Below, one piece after another: positions 49,106 through 60,313 of a DNA stretch of 64,000 nt (its first letter is position 1; the number at the start of each line of letters is the position of its first letter). The stretch comes from Octopus bimaculoides. Taxonomy: Eukaryota. The notes under the pieces were generated by a model. It searched no databases. It worked only from the letters and a program-made list of their open reading frames with translations, and was not told the origin of the DNA. The DNA lies in the NCBI RefSeq assembly GCF_001194135.2, contig NC_068982.1, positions 38,004,513 to 38,068,512 on the forward strand, given 5' to 3'. The position numbers and the translations under genes are program-made.

Positions 49106-51006
49106 GTTTACTATTTATTTTAATTTTCAGTTTATATATTTAAGGTTAAGTAAGGTTTATTTTCTTTTAACATTTCATTCACAAAGCTTTTGATGCTTCA
49201 GAAAACTTTGTCATTGAATTTTTGAGCATGAGTTGCCTGTTGCTTGAATCTCATGACATTGACCGTGCAAGTGAAAGTAGAGTTGATCATTTTCTTTTCT
49301 TTTCTTTTTTTTTTTTTGCCAAGGGTAACATCGTTTGTCTGTTTTGCACACTGGCATAGGATGGGTGGTTTGTCAGGATCTGGTGAGCGACAGGGCTTTA
49401 TTGTGCTCAATGTTAGCTTTTCCATGGTTACTATGGCTGGATGCCCTTCCTAATGTCAACCACTTCACTGTGTGTATTGGATGCTTTTTTTCATGCTGCT
49501 GGCTCTAGTGAGGATGTCAAGTAACCTGCAAGACAGAAAAAGAACAAGAAAAAGAAAAAGCTTCCCCAACTAAGTCAAGTGGGGGTATTTGTGAGTGGGT
49601 AGAGGTGGCTTTATGCTAGGTGATGGGAGGATAAGTATGGGTATCTTGCTATAGAAAAGGTACATGGCTTCCCTGTATTATATAAAGGCAGTTGGGAGTT
49701 ACTAGGAAGATAATGATAATGGTGACAAGGTGTCAGAGCAAACCCTCAAGGATTAAGAGAGAATACAGACAGTGGATCTAGTAGAAAAAGATGGAGGTGA
49801 GGGTTATATGAGCATAAAAGGAGAGTAACTGATGGTAAGAGAGGTGAATGTATTGAAAAGATTTAGTGCAAGATTCAGAGATACCACCTATGAGCTTGTA
49901 GCTTCAGTACTTAGTTACAGCATCATAATTCTTTAAATACCATAAGTGTTTGATAAACTCAAGAGAATGTCATTAATAGTTCTGTATGTGAGACAGGAAA
50001 AACATAAAGGAGTCAGTCATTGATGTAGTTAAAGATTTTGTCCTTATTTTAATGATATAATGCTGCATCTAATAGAAATTCTTAGGGACAATAAAATGCT
50101 GATTTCTATGTTATATGATTGTTTACAAAATTATAAACAACCAGAAAATAAGAAAATGATAAGTTTTGATATTCTAACCATTCCTTAATGTTGTGATAGT
50201 ATAAGTATAATAAAAGAAATCCATTCTGAGATTATAGTTTTAGACTGGCAACAATATCAAATTAAAATTTCATTTCTTTTGAGAAGACTTCAACCAATTT
50301 TTTAAGGAAGGACAGTTGATTTCATTGGTCTCATTACATTATTGGATCTTACCAGCATTGTTAGTTTGAAAGGTTCAATTGAAAATCAATATAATATCAT
50401 AAAAACTAATATCATAAAGCATTTATGCTGCTGTTCTGTTCTTCCTGAAACTTGCTTCCTTTATTTTGTTTAATATTAGCCAGCAGTTTTGGGGGAAGGG
50501 ATAAATCAATTATATTGACCCCAGTGCTCAACTGGTACTTATTTTATCAACCCTGAAAGGAGGAAAGGCAAAGTTGACCTCATCAGAATTTGAACTCAGA
50601 CCATAAACATGGACGAAAAGTATGCTAACAAATGACAAGCAGAAATAGAACTATCTCATTTTTGGACTAGACAGAAGAGGAGGGGAACACACTCAATCTT
50701 TGCTGGTTTGCATATAGAAGTAAAGTCTGTGTAGTTGATGTTCTGCTTGAACATCTTTAGGTTGAAACGTATAAGGAAAATATTGTCTCTGCTTCAGTAT
50801 CTAGATAGTTTATTGCCTAATAAAAAGGACATTCTGATTTGTCACATACTTTTTATAATGGATATGAACATGTTTATTTGTTTTAACTTGTTAAATAGAC
50901 ATTGTATTTTTGTGAGGAATAGCCATCTCTTGCATTAAATTCTAGAATATTCACAAATTTTATCAATGTTCTTAGTTTTTAATCATTTTAAACTATATTG
51001 GTACAG

Positions 51007-51189
51007 ATACTGATGGAGGAAAATGTGAATTATTTTGGAGAACTGCCATTGACAAGAATGGAAAAACTGGGAGTGCTTATCAAATTGCAAGCAGAATGGC
51101 AGGGTTTATGCTTTAAGTTGCTAGTGAGACATCAACCTTCACAAACACAGAAGACAAAAATGGATGCAGCCTTTGAAAAAATAACTTAT
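51007..51189 (+). CDS. AXDND1: AXDND1 exon (ILMEENVNYFGELPLTRMEKLGVLIKLQAEWQGLCFKLLVRHQ...AFEKITY)
   Basis: gtacag| start. Matches recalled ILNEKKEEFTGDVLL...LQENW...IFNRH. The donor TAT|gtgaat was chosen because it is phase 0 and precedes an in-frame TAA; the end is less certain. Confidence 0.8.
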
Positions 51190-52069
51190 GTGAATATAAA
51201 ATAAATTTTATAATTGTAGATTCCTGTGTAACTCTCTGTTGCAAATTAATAGGTTTTGATTATATAGAGCTAAGTGAAGATGATACTGAGATGAGCAATT
51301 GTTTAGAGTACTTATCAAAAACAAACAACATTAAATTTATACTTCAAGCTGGTTTCTTATTACATTCTTTACTAATTTAAATTATAAAATCAGTTCCTTT
51401 GTGAGAAGGGAAAGATTACATATTTATTTTATATTTCCAAATAGAAAGCTCATAATATTTTATTTCAAAGATTTCTTCTATTTTACTTAACCTCTAATAG
51501 TATACCCAAACTCCAGACTGCTGTCATATGATGCTCTGGACCACCTATAAGAAAAACAACTTACCATCATCGGCAGGAAGGAAATTGTATGCAAACATAA
51601 CTCATACAAGGGGATCACCTACAAGGAAAAATTACTGTTTGCAACACTTAGACGTTTGAACATATGAACCTCCTAAACTAATTTTTTAGTCTATTGCTTT
51701 TACACACTTTGACAGTGTTATTCATTTTCCAGAGTTGTTTTTTAGAGCAATCTCTGTATCAACATTGTTTACTAGATGGAAACTAGTCACATTTGTATTT
51801 TTAGACAAGTTTATTTAACCCTGTTTCAATTGAATTAGTTAAATAATGGGCAACACCTCTTTTTTGACTGATTTTCTTCCCTGTTAAAACACATTTTCAA
51901 AATGTCAAATAAAGTGTTAGAATGATTCATCAATGCTAAAGAAGAAACAAAAATCAATGTAAAATTTTTGATGTATATGCATATGCATTTGCGTGCATAT
52001 TTACATATTCAAAAACATCCATTTCTTGCAAATATTTTTGAATCATTTTGCTTTTATATTGTTATATAG

Positions 52070-52121
52070 CTGATGAAGGAGATGAAGGTTCAGAATGAAG
52101 TTCTCATAACTGGAGAAAATG
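52070..52121 (+). CDS. AXDND1: AXDND1 exon (LMKEMKVQNEVLITGEN)
   Basis: tatatag| ... G|gtaata. EVLITGENG resembles recalled EIRINGDNG. Confidence 0.88.
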
Positions 52122-52226
52122 GTAATACTTTTTAAGTATAATCCTCTTAAGAACATTATTATAATTATAAACTATCACATTATTACACAGATTACACTAA
52201 AATAAAAAAAATTCAAATTTAAGATG

Positions 52227-52279
<53 letters not shown>
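52227..52279. repeat. (ACT)n microsatellite in an AXDND1 intron
   Basis: Read directly from the sequence. Confidence 0.98.
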
Positions 52280-52414
52280 CTCTATTAATTGAAATATAGT
52301 TTCTTGTTTTTAGAAGTGCTTGTTTATACTTTTTCATTGCAGTTATAAACTTGCATTCTTTCTTTATAGTTTATTATGAAATAATTACACAATTTTACGA
52401 TTACTTTTATATAG

Positions 52415-52631
52415 GAACTGCTAAAGGTATCAGTCGGTTGTCTGAGAAATTGAATGGATGGATTAAAAAACTAAATAACTCTGTCAAAGACCCAAAATTA
52501 TTTGATCCTCAAGAAGATGATAATTTATTGGAAATTTTATCAGAAATTAATGATGCAGCAAATAACATAGTGAATAGCTTTGGAATGGTTGAAACACGTC
52601 ATGAACGAATATATCTTGAACCAAAACGTCG
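52415..52631 (+). CDS. AXDND1: AXDND1 exon (TAKGISRLSEKLNGWIKKLNNSVKDPKLFDPQEDDNLLEILSEINDAANNIVNSFGMVETRHERIYLEPKR)
   Basis: ttttatatag| ... CG|gtgaga, 217 nt open, phases consistent. Confidence 0.85.
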
Positions 52632-53373
52632 GTGAGATATTTATATTTACAAGGGACACTTTTTAGATAATGTAGGCGTAATTATCAAAAGAGATGTTGG
52701 TTATAACAAGTATAGCACATGTTTGACATTGATGATCATTATTTTGATGGGTGTCTCTGAAACTTGTAATGAATGCTTCGTGATTTCTAACAAGTGTTTA
52801 AGAGCTAAAGCTTAAATCAAGTTTTGATGAAATGAGAGACAAAACTTCCCTTTTATAGGATGCTGATACATTGCAAGTGAGATTCCCTCATAATATAATA
52901 CATTTGCCATTAATTAGGTGTCCTGAGGCAATGTAGAATAAAGTTTTCTGTCTAGAAATAGCTGCAAATTTGAAACCAGGAATTATAAACAGGTGGTTAT
53001 ATCAGGTCAGATATGAGGGCATGTGCTGTTTGCAGTGTGTTACTGCATTCACCATTTGCTGATATTTGCTTGTGTCATTCCAGGCAATCCTTTGAACAGT
53101 GTCTCAGTCAGCCACCCATCTCTGTGAGATACTTCCTCACCTACAATAATGAAATTATTAATATAATTTTACTTATGCCATTGGTCTCTTTATCTTATTC
53201 TTTTTTATATATACACACGCTAATACACGACCCATGTTATATTCCCCACTCATGTTGCAACCACGTCAGGGGCAAAACTAATCGGTATACAGCACTTACT
53301 CGGTATTACCTGTATCTTTAGGGTTTGGTTGACTCCAATACCCTTCATAACCTTTATATGTATNNNNNNNNNN

Positions 53374-53605
53374 GAACCTTATCAAAACTACATATTTGAT
53401 AAAATGAAATTAAATGAAGAGTTCATAATTGTTCCTTACTGGTGTCAATAGTCCACGTGGGGGCATTTTTTGTTGGTTGTAGTAGTAGTAGTGTCCCTGT
53501 TGGCAATGGTAAATGCCCCCACGTGGACTATTGACACCAGTAAGGAACAATTATGAACTCTTCATTTAATTTAATTTTATCAAATATGTAGTTTTGATAA
53601 GGTTC
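53374..53605. repeat. Inverted repeat, 95-bp arms with 1 mismatch and 42-nt spacer, starting at a contig edge
   Basis: 53374-53468 is the reverse complement of 53511-53605; preceded by a 10-N gap. Confidence 0.95.
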
Positions 53606-53635
53606 GTTTTTACAAGAACTGAAACATGTTAAATT
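53592..53635 (+). ncRNA. Degenerate hammerhead-like motif at the end of an inverted repeat
   Basis: TTGATAA|GGTTC GTTTTTACAA GAACT|GAAA|CATG|TT|AAA. Palindromic ACATGT helix III; two core substitutions; weak helix I. Confidence 0.4.
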
Positions 53636-53719
53636 AAAATTCATTTTTTATATATTGGTGTTTTCAAACTTCTTTTTTATAAATATATACCCACTCGTAT
53701 GCCACTTACACTTGTTTAT

Positions 53720-53756
<37 letters not shown>

Positions 53757-53934
53757 CACACAAACACATATACATACATGGACTTACATGAACACCTTAC
53801 TATTACCTGCTTAATTTTCTTTGTCATTTGTACTCTGTGTAGGTTTGATCTATTATTGTATAAAAATCTATATATTTATACTTAAATATGCATAATCTGG
53901 AAATCTTCAGTCTGCTTTCTTTCTGTTTGCTTGT

Positions 53935-53997
53935 ATACATACATACATACATACATACATACATACATACATACATACATACATGCATGCATGCATG

Positions 53998-54028
<31 letters not shown>

Positions 54029-54210
54029 TGTATATCAAACCCAAGCTGTTATATTTAATTTGTTTATTTGCATAATTGTCTACATATACATACATGTGTG
54101 TGTGTGTGTGTGTGTGCGCATGTGCGCATGTGCGTGTGTGTGGTGTGTGTGTGTGTGGTGTATGGTGTGTGTGTGTGTGTGTGCATGTGTGCGTGTGTGT
54201 ATGCATGCAT
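53935..54210. repeat. (ATAC)n and (TG)n compound microsatellites
   Basis: Read directly from the sequence. Confidence 0.97.
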
Positions 54211-54497
54211 GTGTGTGTCTTTTGTGTTTGCTTTTCCCTCCCCATTTCACTTGACAGCCAATGTTGGTTTGTTTACATCTCCTTAACTTAGCAGTTCAGC
54301 AAAAAGAGACCGATAGAATACTACCCATTCTTTTTTTAAAAAATGGACTAAGCTTGATTTATTTGACTACACTCTCTAACACTGTGCCCCAGCATGGTCA
54401 CTGTCCAATGACTGAAGCAAGCAAAGGATAAAACATGAAGATTTATGATAATATATGCTTAAATATGTTCTAAGAGTATCTTTTCCTTCTCTTTCAG

Positions 54498-54591
54498 GAT
54501 ATCCATATTTAATGTGGTGAACTGTGGAAATCACTTGTATAATATTGTTTCAAGTATCATAGACAGCCAGGATGCTAAGCTTGTAGATCAG
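54498..54591 (+). CDS. AXDND1: AXDND1 exon (ISIFNVVNCGNHLYNIVSSIIDSQDAKLVDQ); last exon confidently placed, gene incomplete
   Basis: ccttctctttcag| ... CAG|gtactt, phase consistent, no stop codon. The 18 exons sum to 2043 nt (681 codons). Confidence 0.75.
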
Positions 54592-54949
54592 GTACTTCAA
54601 AATCATAATCTTAATTTGTATGAGAAAATATCTCAGCATTTCCTTGTGAGTATTCAAGTGCATGTGTGTGTATGTTAGCGTATGTAAGTAAGTGTGTGTA
54701 TGTGTGTATATTAATGCATGCATATATGAGTTTATGTGGCATATATATACAGGTAGACTGAACTGTACTTTTAATACCACAGCACTTTGTTAGAGTCAAT
54801 CTGATATACATACATACTTCCGAATAAAAAATAAATAAATAAAATAAATACTAAAAATATACAAATATATACAAAAAAAATGAAGAAAATATATACTAAC
54901 AATAAGATAAATATATATAGGGGGAAAAAAATGCACATATCAAGCAGAG

Positions 54950-55230
54950 GTCGGCAATGCCTGTGCAGAGTTTTAGGTCCAATAAGGCTTGCACAACACC
55001 TCATAGACCCTCTCCAGAGACAAGCCAGAGCAAGATGTCTGGTGCCAATATGAGTTGCAGGCTCAGGTATGTGGGAGCGCTGTGATCTCTAGCACAAACC
55101 AAAGATCCCTAAAATGTCCAATGTCATTCCCTGCATATCTGGTTTTATATCAGAGTGACCTTCTCCTAGAGACATACTTCAACAAAAGCTGAGGGGTGCC
55201 TCACTCCCAGTGGTCTTTCAGCACGCCAGA
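54950..55230 (+). mobile_element. RTE-type retroposon 3' fragment
   Basis: TGGTTTTATATCAGAGTGACCTTCTCCTAG resembles recalled RTE/BovB-type 3' tails. Confidence 0.4.
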
Positions 55231-55551
55231 CACCGTCCCAGAATTTCTGCATACTCATGCTACATACATACATATGTATCTACACACATATTTTTATGCA
55301 TATATGTGCATGTGTATCTTGTGTTTGTGTGTGTGTGTGTGTGTGTGTGAATATATAATACACGCACGCACACACACACACACACACACACATATACGCG
55401 CAGGTGTAGCTATGTGGTAAGAAGCTTCCTTCCCAACCACATGGCTCTGGGTTCAGACCCACTGCATAGCACCTTAATGTGTCTTCTACTATATCCTCAG
55501 GCCAATCAAAGCCTTGTAAGTGGATTTGGTAGACAGAAACTGAAAGAAGCC

Positions 55552-55593
<42 letters not shown>

Positions 55594-55645
55594 CACCGGA
55601 GTAAGCACATAAAATGTGCAACAAGGTGGAAAAAAGAGTACTCAA

Positions 55646-55822
55646 ATACCAGAGGTAGAGTAATATGCTTTATTTAAAAGCAGCAGAAATATAACAAAAG
55701 TCTGTTACTCTGAGTTTCACGTTCCCGTTCATCCGATGAATGGGAACATGAAACTCAGAGTAACAGTCTTTTGTTATATTTCTGCTGCTTTTAGATAAAG
55801 CATATTACTCTACCTCTGGTAT
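55646..55822. repeat. 177-bp fold-back palindrome (88-bp arms, 4 mismatches, 1-nt centre at 55734)
   Basis: ATACCAGAGGTAGAGTAATATGC... pairs with ...GCATATTACTCTACCTCTGGTAT; flanked by (TA)n. Confidence 0.95.
55733..55766 (+). ncRNA. Hammerhead-like motif (U4C core variant) at the centre of a 177-bp palindrome
   Basis: CCGATGA|ATG GGAA CAT|GAAA|CTCAGAG|TA|ACAG. Helix II has a GNRA loop and helix III is the near-palindrome ACTCAGAGT. Confidence 0.6.
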
Positions 55823-55825
55823 ATA

Positions 55826-55870
<45 letters not shown>

Positions 55871-57265
55871 TTATGTGAGTGTGTCTTTGTGTCTATGTTT
55901 GTCCCCCACCCCACCAGTGTTTGACAACTGATGTTGGTGTGTCTATGTTCTCGTAACTTAATGATTTGGCAGAGGGTTTGATAGAATAAGTACCAGGCTT
56001 ACAAAGAATAAGTCCTGGGGTTGATTTCTTTGACTAACAGGTGGTGCTCCAAGTAAAAGAATATGTGTGTGTTTGTGTGTGTGTGTGTACATGTGTGTGT
56101 ATGTGTGTGTGTGTGTGTGTGCGTGCGCGTGTGTAAATTAAATGAAATTAGGAATAATAATTAAAATATAAAGTCATGTTATATGAAGTATGAAAAACAT
56201 TGAAATTGGGAAAGAAAATCTTTATTTAAACAGTTGTTACCCACATACATGTAAAGAGATGAGAGAAAAAACTAAAAAAAATGATGAAATAAGTGGAAAG
56301 AGAAGTGGAAAGAATAAAAAGAAAAAATAGAGGAAGAAAAAACAAGTGGGGAAAAGAGAAGAAAGCAGGAGTAAAATTAACATAAATAGTTGAGACAGGA
56401 GAGAAAGGAAGAAGGTGCATATACAGAGAAGAGACAAAAAAAATAAATAGGTTAACAGTAAGATTGATATGATATGGAGTATTTTCGAAAGATGCACAGA
56501 TAAAAGATTGGTTTGAAATACCAAGACAATGAAAGGGAGAAGGGAAATTTGATTGCAATATTGTGAAAATGAAAGAAAGAGGGCGACTGTTGGGAGGGAG
56601 TAACATGAGAAAATGCATATGTATAATGCTTGGAATAGAAAGAAACTTAACATGATTACCAATGTAAGAACAATAAATCTATATGGATAAAGTAGTATAA
56701 TATATCCAATTTCTGTGTATTTGAAGGTGGGAAATACAAAGATTAATAGAGTAAAGCATGATATCTAAATATATAAGAAAATGAAACAAAACCAAACTGA
56801 ATAAAATGGAATCCTTTCTACTATAGACACAAAACCTGAAATTTCTGTAGGGGCTAGTTGATTACATTGACCAACTGGTATTTATTTTATTGACCTCCAA
56901 AAGGATGAAAGGGAAAAAAATTGACCTTGGCAGTATTTGAACTCAGACCATAAGAAGCCAGAAAAAATACCACAAAGTATCTTTCCCACTCCTCTAACAA
57001 TCCTGCCAGCTTTCTGCCTTTGAATAGAATAGAATGAAACATAATATTATTGCATAACATGCAGTGGTTTATCTTAGGAGTTCATTAGTGTAAATATGCA
57101 TGTATATTTGAGGTTCAGTTGAAACTATGAGGTGTTACTCAGGCACACAACTATGTGTCCACTGCATGTTATAACAGAAACAGCTGTAAGAAAAAAAATG
57201 AAGTTCATAAGATAATTGTTTATTCCTCTGTCATCTCATTTTCTTATGTGTGCATGTATATATAT

Positions 57266-57313
<48 letters not shown>

Positions 57314-57332
57314 ACACATTTTATATATATAT

Positions 57333-57733
57333 ACTCAGCTTGCGAAGACTTATTGGGGCAAGCGAAAGCGAAATTGGGATGGCACCTGTGCCCAGCGTCG
57401 CCTTTCTGGCACTTGTGCCCGTGGCATACGTAAGGACTTTCGAGTGAGATCATTGCCAGTGCCCCTGGACTGGCTCTTGTGTGGGTGGCACATAAAATAC
57501 ACCATTTTGAGCATGGCCGTTGCCAGTATCGTCTGATTGGCCTTCATGCCGGTGACACGTAAAAGCACCCACTACACTCTCGGAGTGGTTGGCGTTAGGA
57601 AGGGTATCCAGCTGTAGAAACTCTGCCAGATCAGATTGGAGCCTGGTGTAGTCTTCGGGTTCCACCAGTCCTCAGTCAAATTGTCCAACCCATGCTAGCA
57701 TGGAAAACGGACGTTAAACGATGATGATGATGA
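57333..57733 (+). mobile_element. Second, closely similar copy of the 10755-11372 retroposon end with one fewer repeat block
   Basis: Shares CTCAGCTTGCGAAGACTTATTGGGGCAAGCGAAAGCGAAATTGGGAT and the same tail. Confidence 0.85.
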
Positions 57734-58423
57734 TATATATATATTACACACACACACACACANNNNNNNNNNNNNNNNNNNNNNNNNNNNNNNNNNNNNN
57801 NNNNNNNNNNNNNNNNNNNNNNNNNNNNNNNNNNNNNNNNNNNNNNNNNNNNNNNNNNNNNNNNNNNNNNNNNNNNNNNNNNNNNNNNNNNNNNNNNNNN
57901 NNNNNNNNNNNNNNNNNNNNNNNNNNNNNNNNNNNNNNNNNNNNNNNNNNNNNNNNNNNNNNNNNNNNNNNNNNNNNNNNNNNNNNNNNNNNNNNNNNNN
58001 NNNNNNNNNNNNNNNNNNNNNNNNNNNNNNNNNNNNNNNNNNNNNNNNNNNNNNNNNNNNNNNNNNNNNNNNNNNNNNNNNNNNNNNNNNNNNNNNNNNN
58101 NNNNNNNNNNNNNNNNNNNNNNNNNNNNNNNNNNNNNNNNNNNNNNNNNNNNNNNNNNNNNNNNNNNNNNNNNNNNNNNNNNNNNNNNNNNNNNNNNNNN
58201 NNNNNNNNNNNNNNNNNNNNNNNNNNNNNNNNNNNNNNNNNNNNNNNNNNNNNNNNNNNNNNNNNNNNNNNNNNNNNNNGTATTGAATGCTGTGAGGCAC
58301 GAACTGGAGGAGCAAAGAAGTACGTGCGAGCTTGGGGAGTCCAAGAACGAAAATGAGCAACGAGAGGTAGAGAGGGAGAGAGATAGTAGTAGTAACAGTG
58401 AGAGGCGAAGGACGAGCAGGGAG

Positions 58424-58463
<40 letters not shown>

Positions 58464-59105
58464 TAGTGACAGGGAGAGGCGAAGAACAGTAGAGGGAAGA
58501 ATGAGATGGGGAGATAGATATAGAGATAGAGATAGAAGGAGTCGCGTTAAAAAAATAGTTAAAACTTACTGTATAAATGTTAACGTGTGCGTTCTGTTGT
58601 GATACAAACAATATATGAGTATATGCATATATATGTACATGTATGTATATACCTTCATCCACATGTACACATAGATACATAACTGGGTACATGACGTGGC
58701 AAAAGAACATGGACAAAATGGTAAACAAGGTGCAACAAACAAGCAGGCCACATAGAAACATCCCCTTCATCAGCTGCCACCATTAAAACCCCGGCGTTTT
58801 GAAGAATTAAGGCAGTATGCATCGTTAAAATGGTTCTTCCCACGAACACAAATTAAATTGTTACATACATTATGATCTTCCAAAACTGAAACACGTGTAG
58901 TTCTTTCCGAATGATAATTTTAACTTAAGCAAGAGATAATTGAAGAAGTATATTCTATATCCTGCTATTGTACTGGTTTTATCCTCTTCTTGATGTGCAT
59001 ATAAATACCACGAGTTTTCCATCATAAACACTCAATATGTTATTTTTGCATTATCTGAAATGGAATACCCACAAATCTATTGATTGAAATCCCAATAACT
59101 GAACT

Positions 59106-59146
<41 letters not shown>

Positions 59147-59250
59147 GAAATTTGTTTTCTTCCATTATTGTTTAAATCTAATGTGAGGGTGACCGTTGAC
59201 TGGACACTATTCAATTTTTTTTCTCCGTGTTTTTCTCCTTGTCTCCGTAT

Positions 59251-59287
59251 TCTTTCTATTGAAGAGCGTAGCTTGAAACGTCAAAGA
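59251..59287 (+). ncRNA. Decayed loop-less (ACGT) hammerhead motif
   Basis: TCTTT|CTATTGA A|GAGC GTA GCTT|GAAA|CG|TC|AAAGA. Perfect 5-bp helix I and ACGT helix III; two core substitutions. Confidence 0.6.
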
Positions 59288-59731
59288 CTTTCCGTATTCC
59301 CGAGCGTCATACTAATACATCCTTTTGTTAGTTACACCACCTGTCCTCATCTGTTGTTGTTTTTTCGTATATTCTCCCATATATATATGTATATATGTAT
59401 ATACATGGGTATGTATGTACATGTGTATGCATATGTATGTATACATGTATGTGTGCATGTATATATGTGTGTGCTTGTGTGTGTACATGCATGAGTGAGT
59501 GCATATTCTCTTAGTCTTGACATGTGCCCATTTATTATAAACAAGGTATCGCCATTCATATAAATGGTGTTCCATTCATATGAAAGGTGTTATTTGTTTG
59601 CAGATCTCTCTCAAAACATGTCCAGGCTTCTTGACTTGTCTTCACTCCTGCATACTAAATTAGAAATGAAAGCATCACTGTTTATGCAAATGGTGTCATT
59701 TGTTTGAAGTTCTCCATGAAAGCATGCTTAA

Positions 59732-59951
59732 CCCTTTCGTTACTGTATTTAGTTTGAGTTGGTCTGTTTTTCTCTTAATTATTTTAAATATAACAAAGAA
59801 TTTAGTAAAATAACTTAGTTATCATTAAGCTAGTGTTAGGGACATTAATTGTGACTAAGGTTTGGTGGAAGATATTAATTAAAAACTTATGAAGACAAGA
59901 CATTTGTACCCAAAGCCAGAGACAGTTTCAGCCGGGTTGGTAATGAAAGGG
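59732..59951. mobile_element. piggyBac-like MITE, second family (220 bp)
   Basis: TTAA|CCCTTTCGTTAC ... GGTAATGAAAGGG|TTAA; the internal sequence is unrelated to the first family. Confidence 0.85.
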
Positions 59952-60230
59952 TTAAGGACTGACTATTTGTTGACTGACAGACAAGTGGTCGTAGTGGTTG
60001 GGGGTTATTGTTTCGTTTGAAAATAGTTCAGGGTTGGTGTCAGAAAAGGTATCTGGCCATAGAAATTTTGCCTCAATGAATTTTGTCTGACCCTTGCAAG
60101 CAAGGAAAAATTGATGTTTAAACAATGATGGTGAAAATGATAATGATAATGATGATGATGATGATATCAAAATATGTCCATGTATGTATGTGTATACACA
60201 CACATATAGATAGATAGTCATATGTATATA

Positions 60231-60313
60231 GGTTGGTAGGTAGGTAGGTAGGTAAGTAGGTAGGTAGGTAGGTAGGTAGGTAGTTAGGTAGGTAGATAGA
60301 TAGATAGATAGAT
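60231..60313. repeat. (TAGG)n/(TAGA)n microsatellite
   Basis: Read directly from the sequence. Confidence 0.97.

Larger units (their letters stand above)
55398..56060 (+). mobile_element. Composite tRNA-headed SINE with internal microsatellite, interrupted by the palindromic insert
   Basis: Head GCAGGTGTAGCTATGTGGTAAGAAGCTT..GGTTCAGACCC..GGAAACTGAAAGAAGCC-like, (TA)n, then tail half GTTTGTCCCC..GATAGAATAAGTACCAGGCTTACAAAGAATAAG. The same two halves occur in order at about 20776-21565 (+) and 48075-48530 (-). Isolated halves occur at more than 15 other positions. Confidence 0.8.

Noticed and set aside
56226-56662. Two 130-141 aa hydrophobic minus-strand ORFs
   Set aside because: They are the complement of an A/G-rich low-complexity tract, with no domain signature.
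58755-58820. Minus-strand CTGATGA with an upstream TTCTTCAAAACG, suggesting a permuted hammerhead
   Set aside because: No helix I pairing and the GAAA box is not intact; not counted among the six motifs.
59604-59692. Candidate AXDND1 exon (DLSQNMSRLLDLSSLLHTKLEMKASLFMQM) after a good acceptor
   Set aside because: Its phase does not join the 54591 exon directly, the donor gtgtca is weak, and similarity is marginal.
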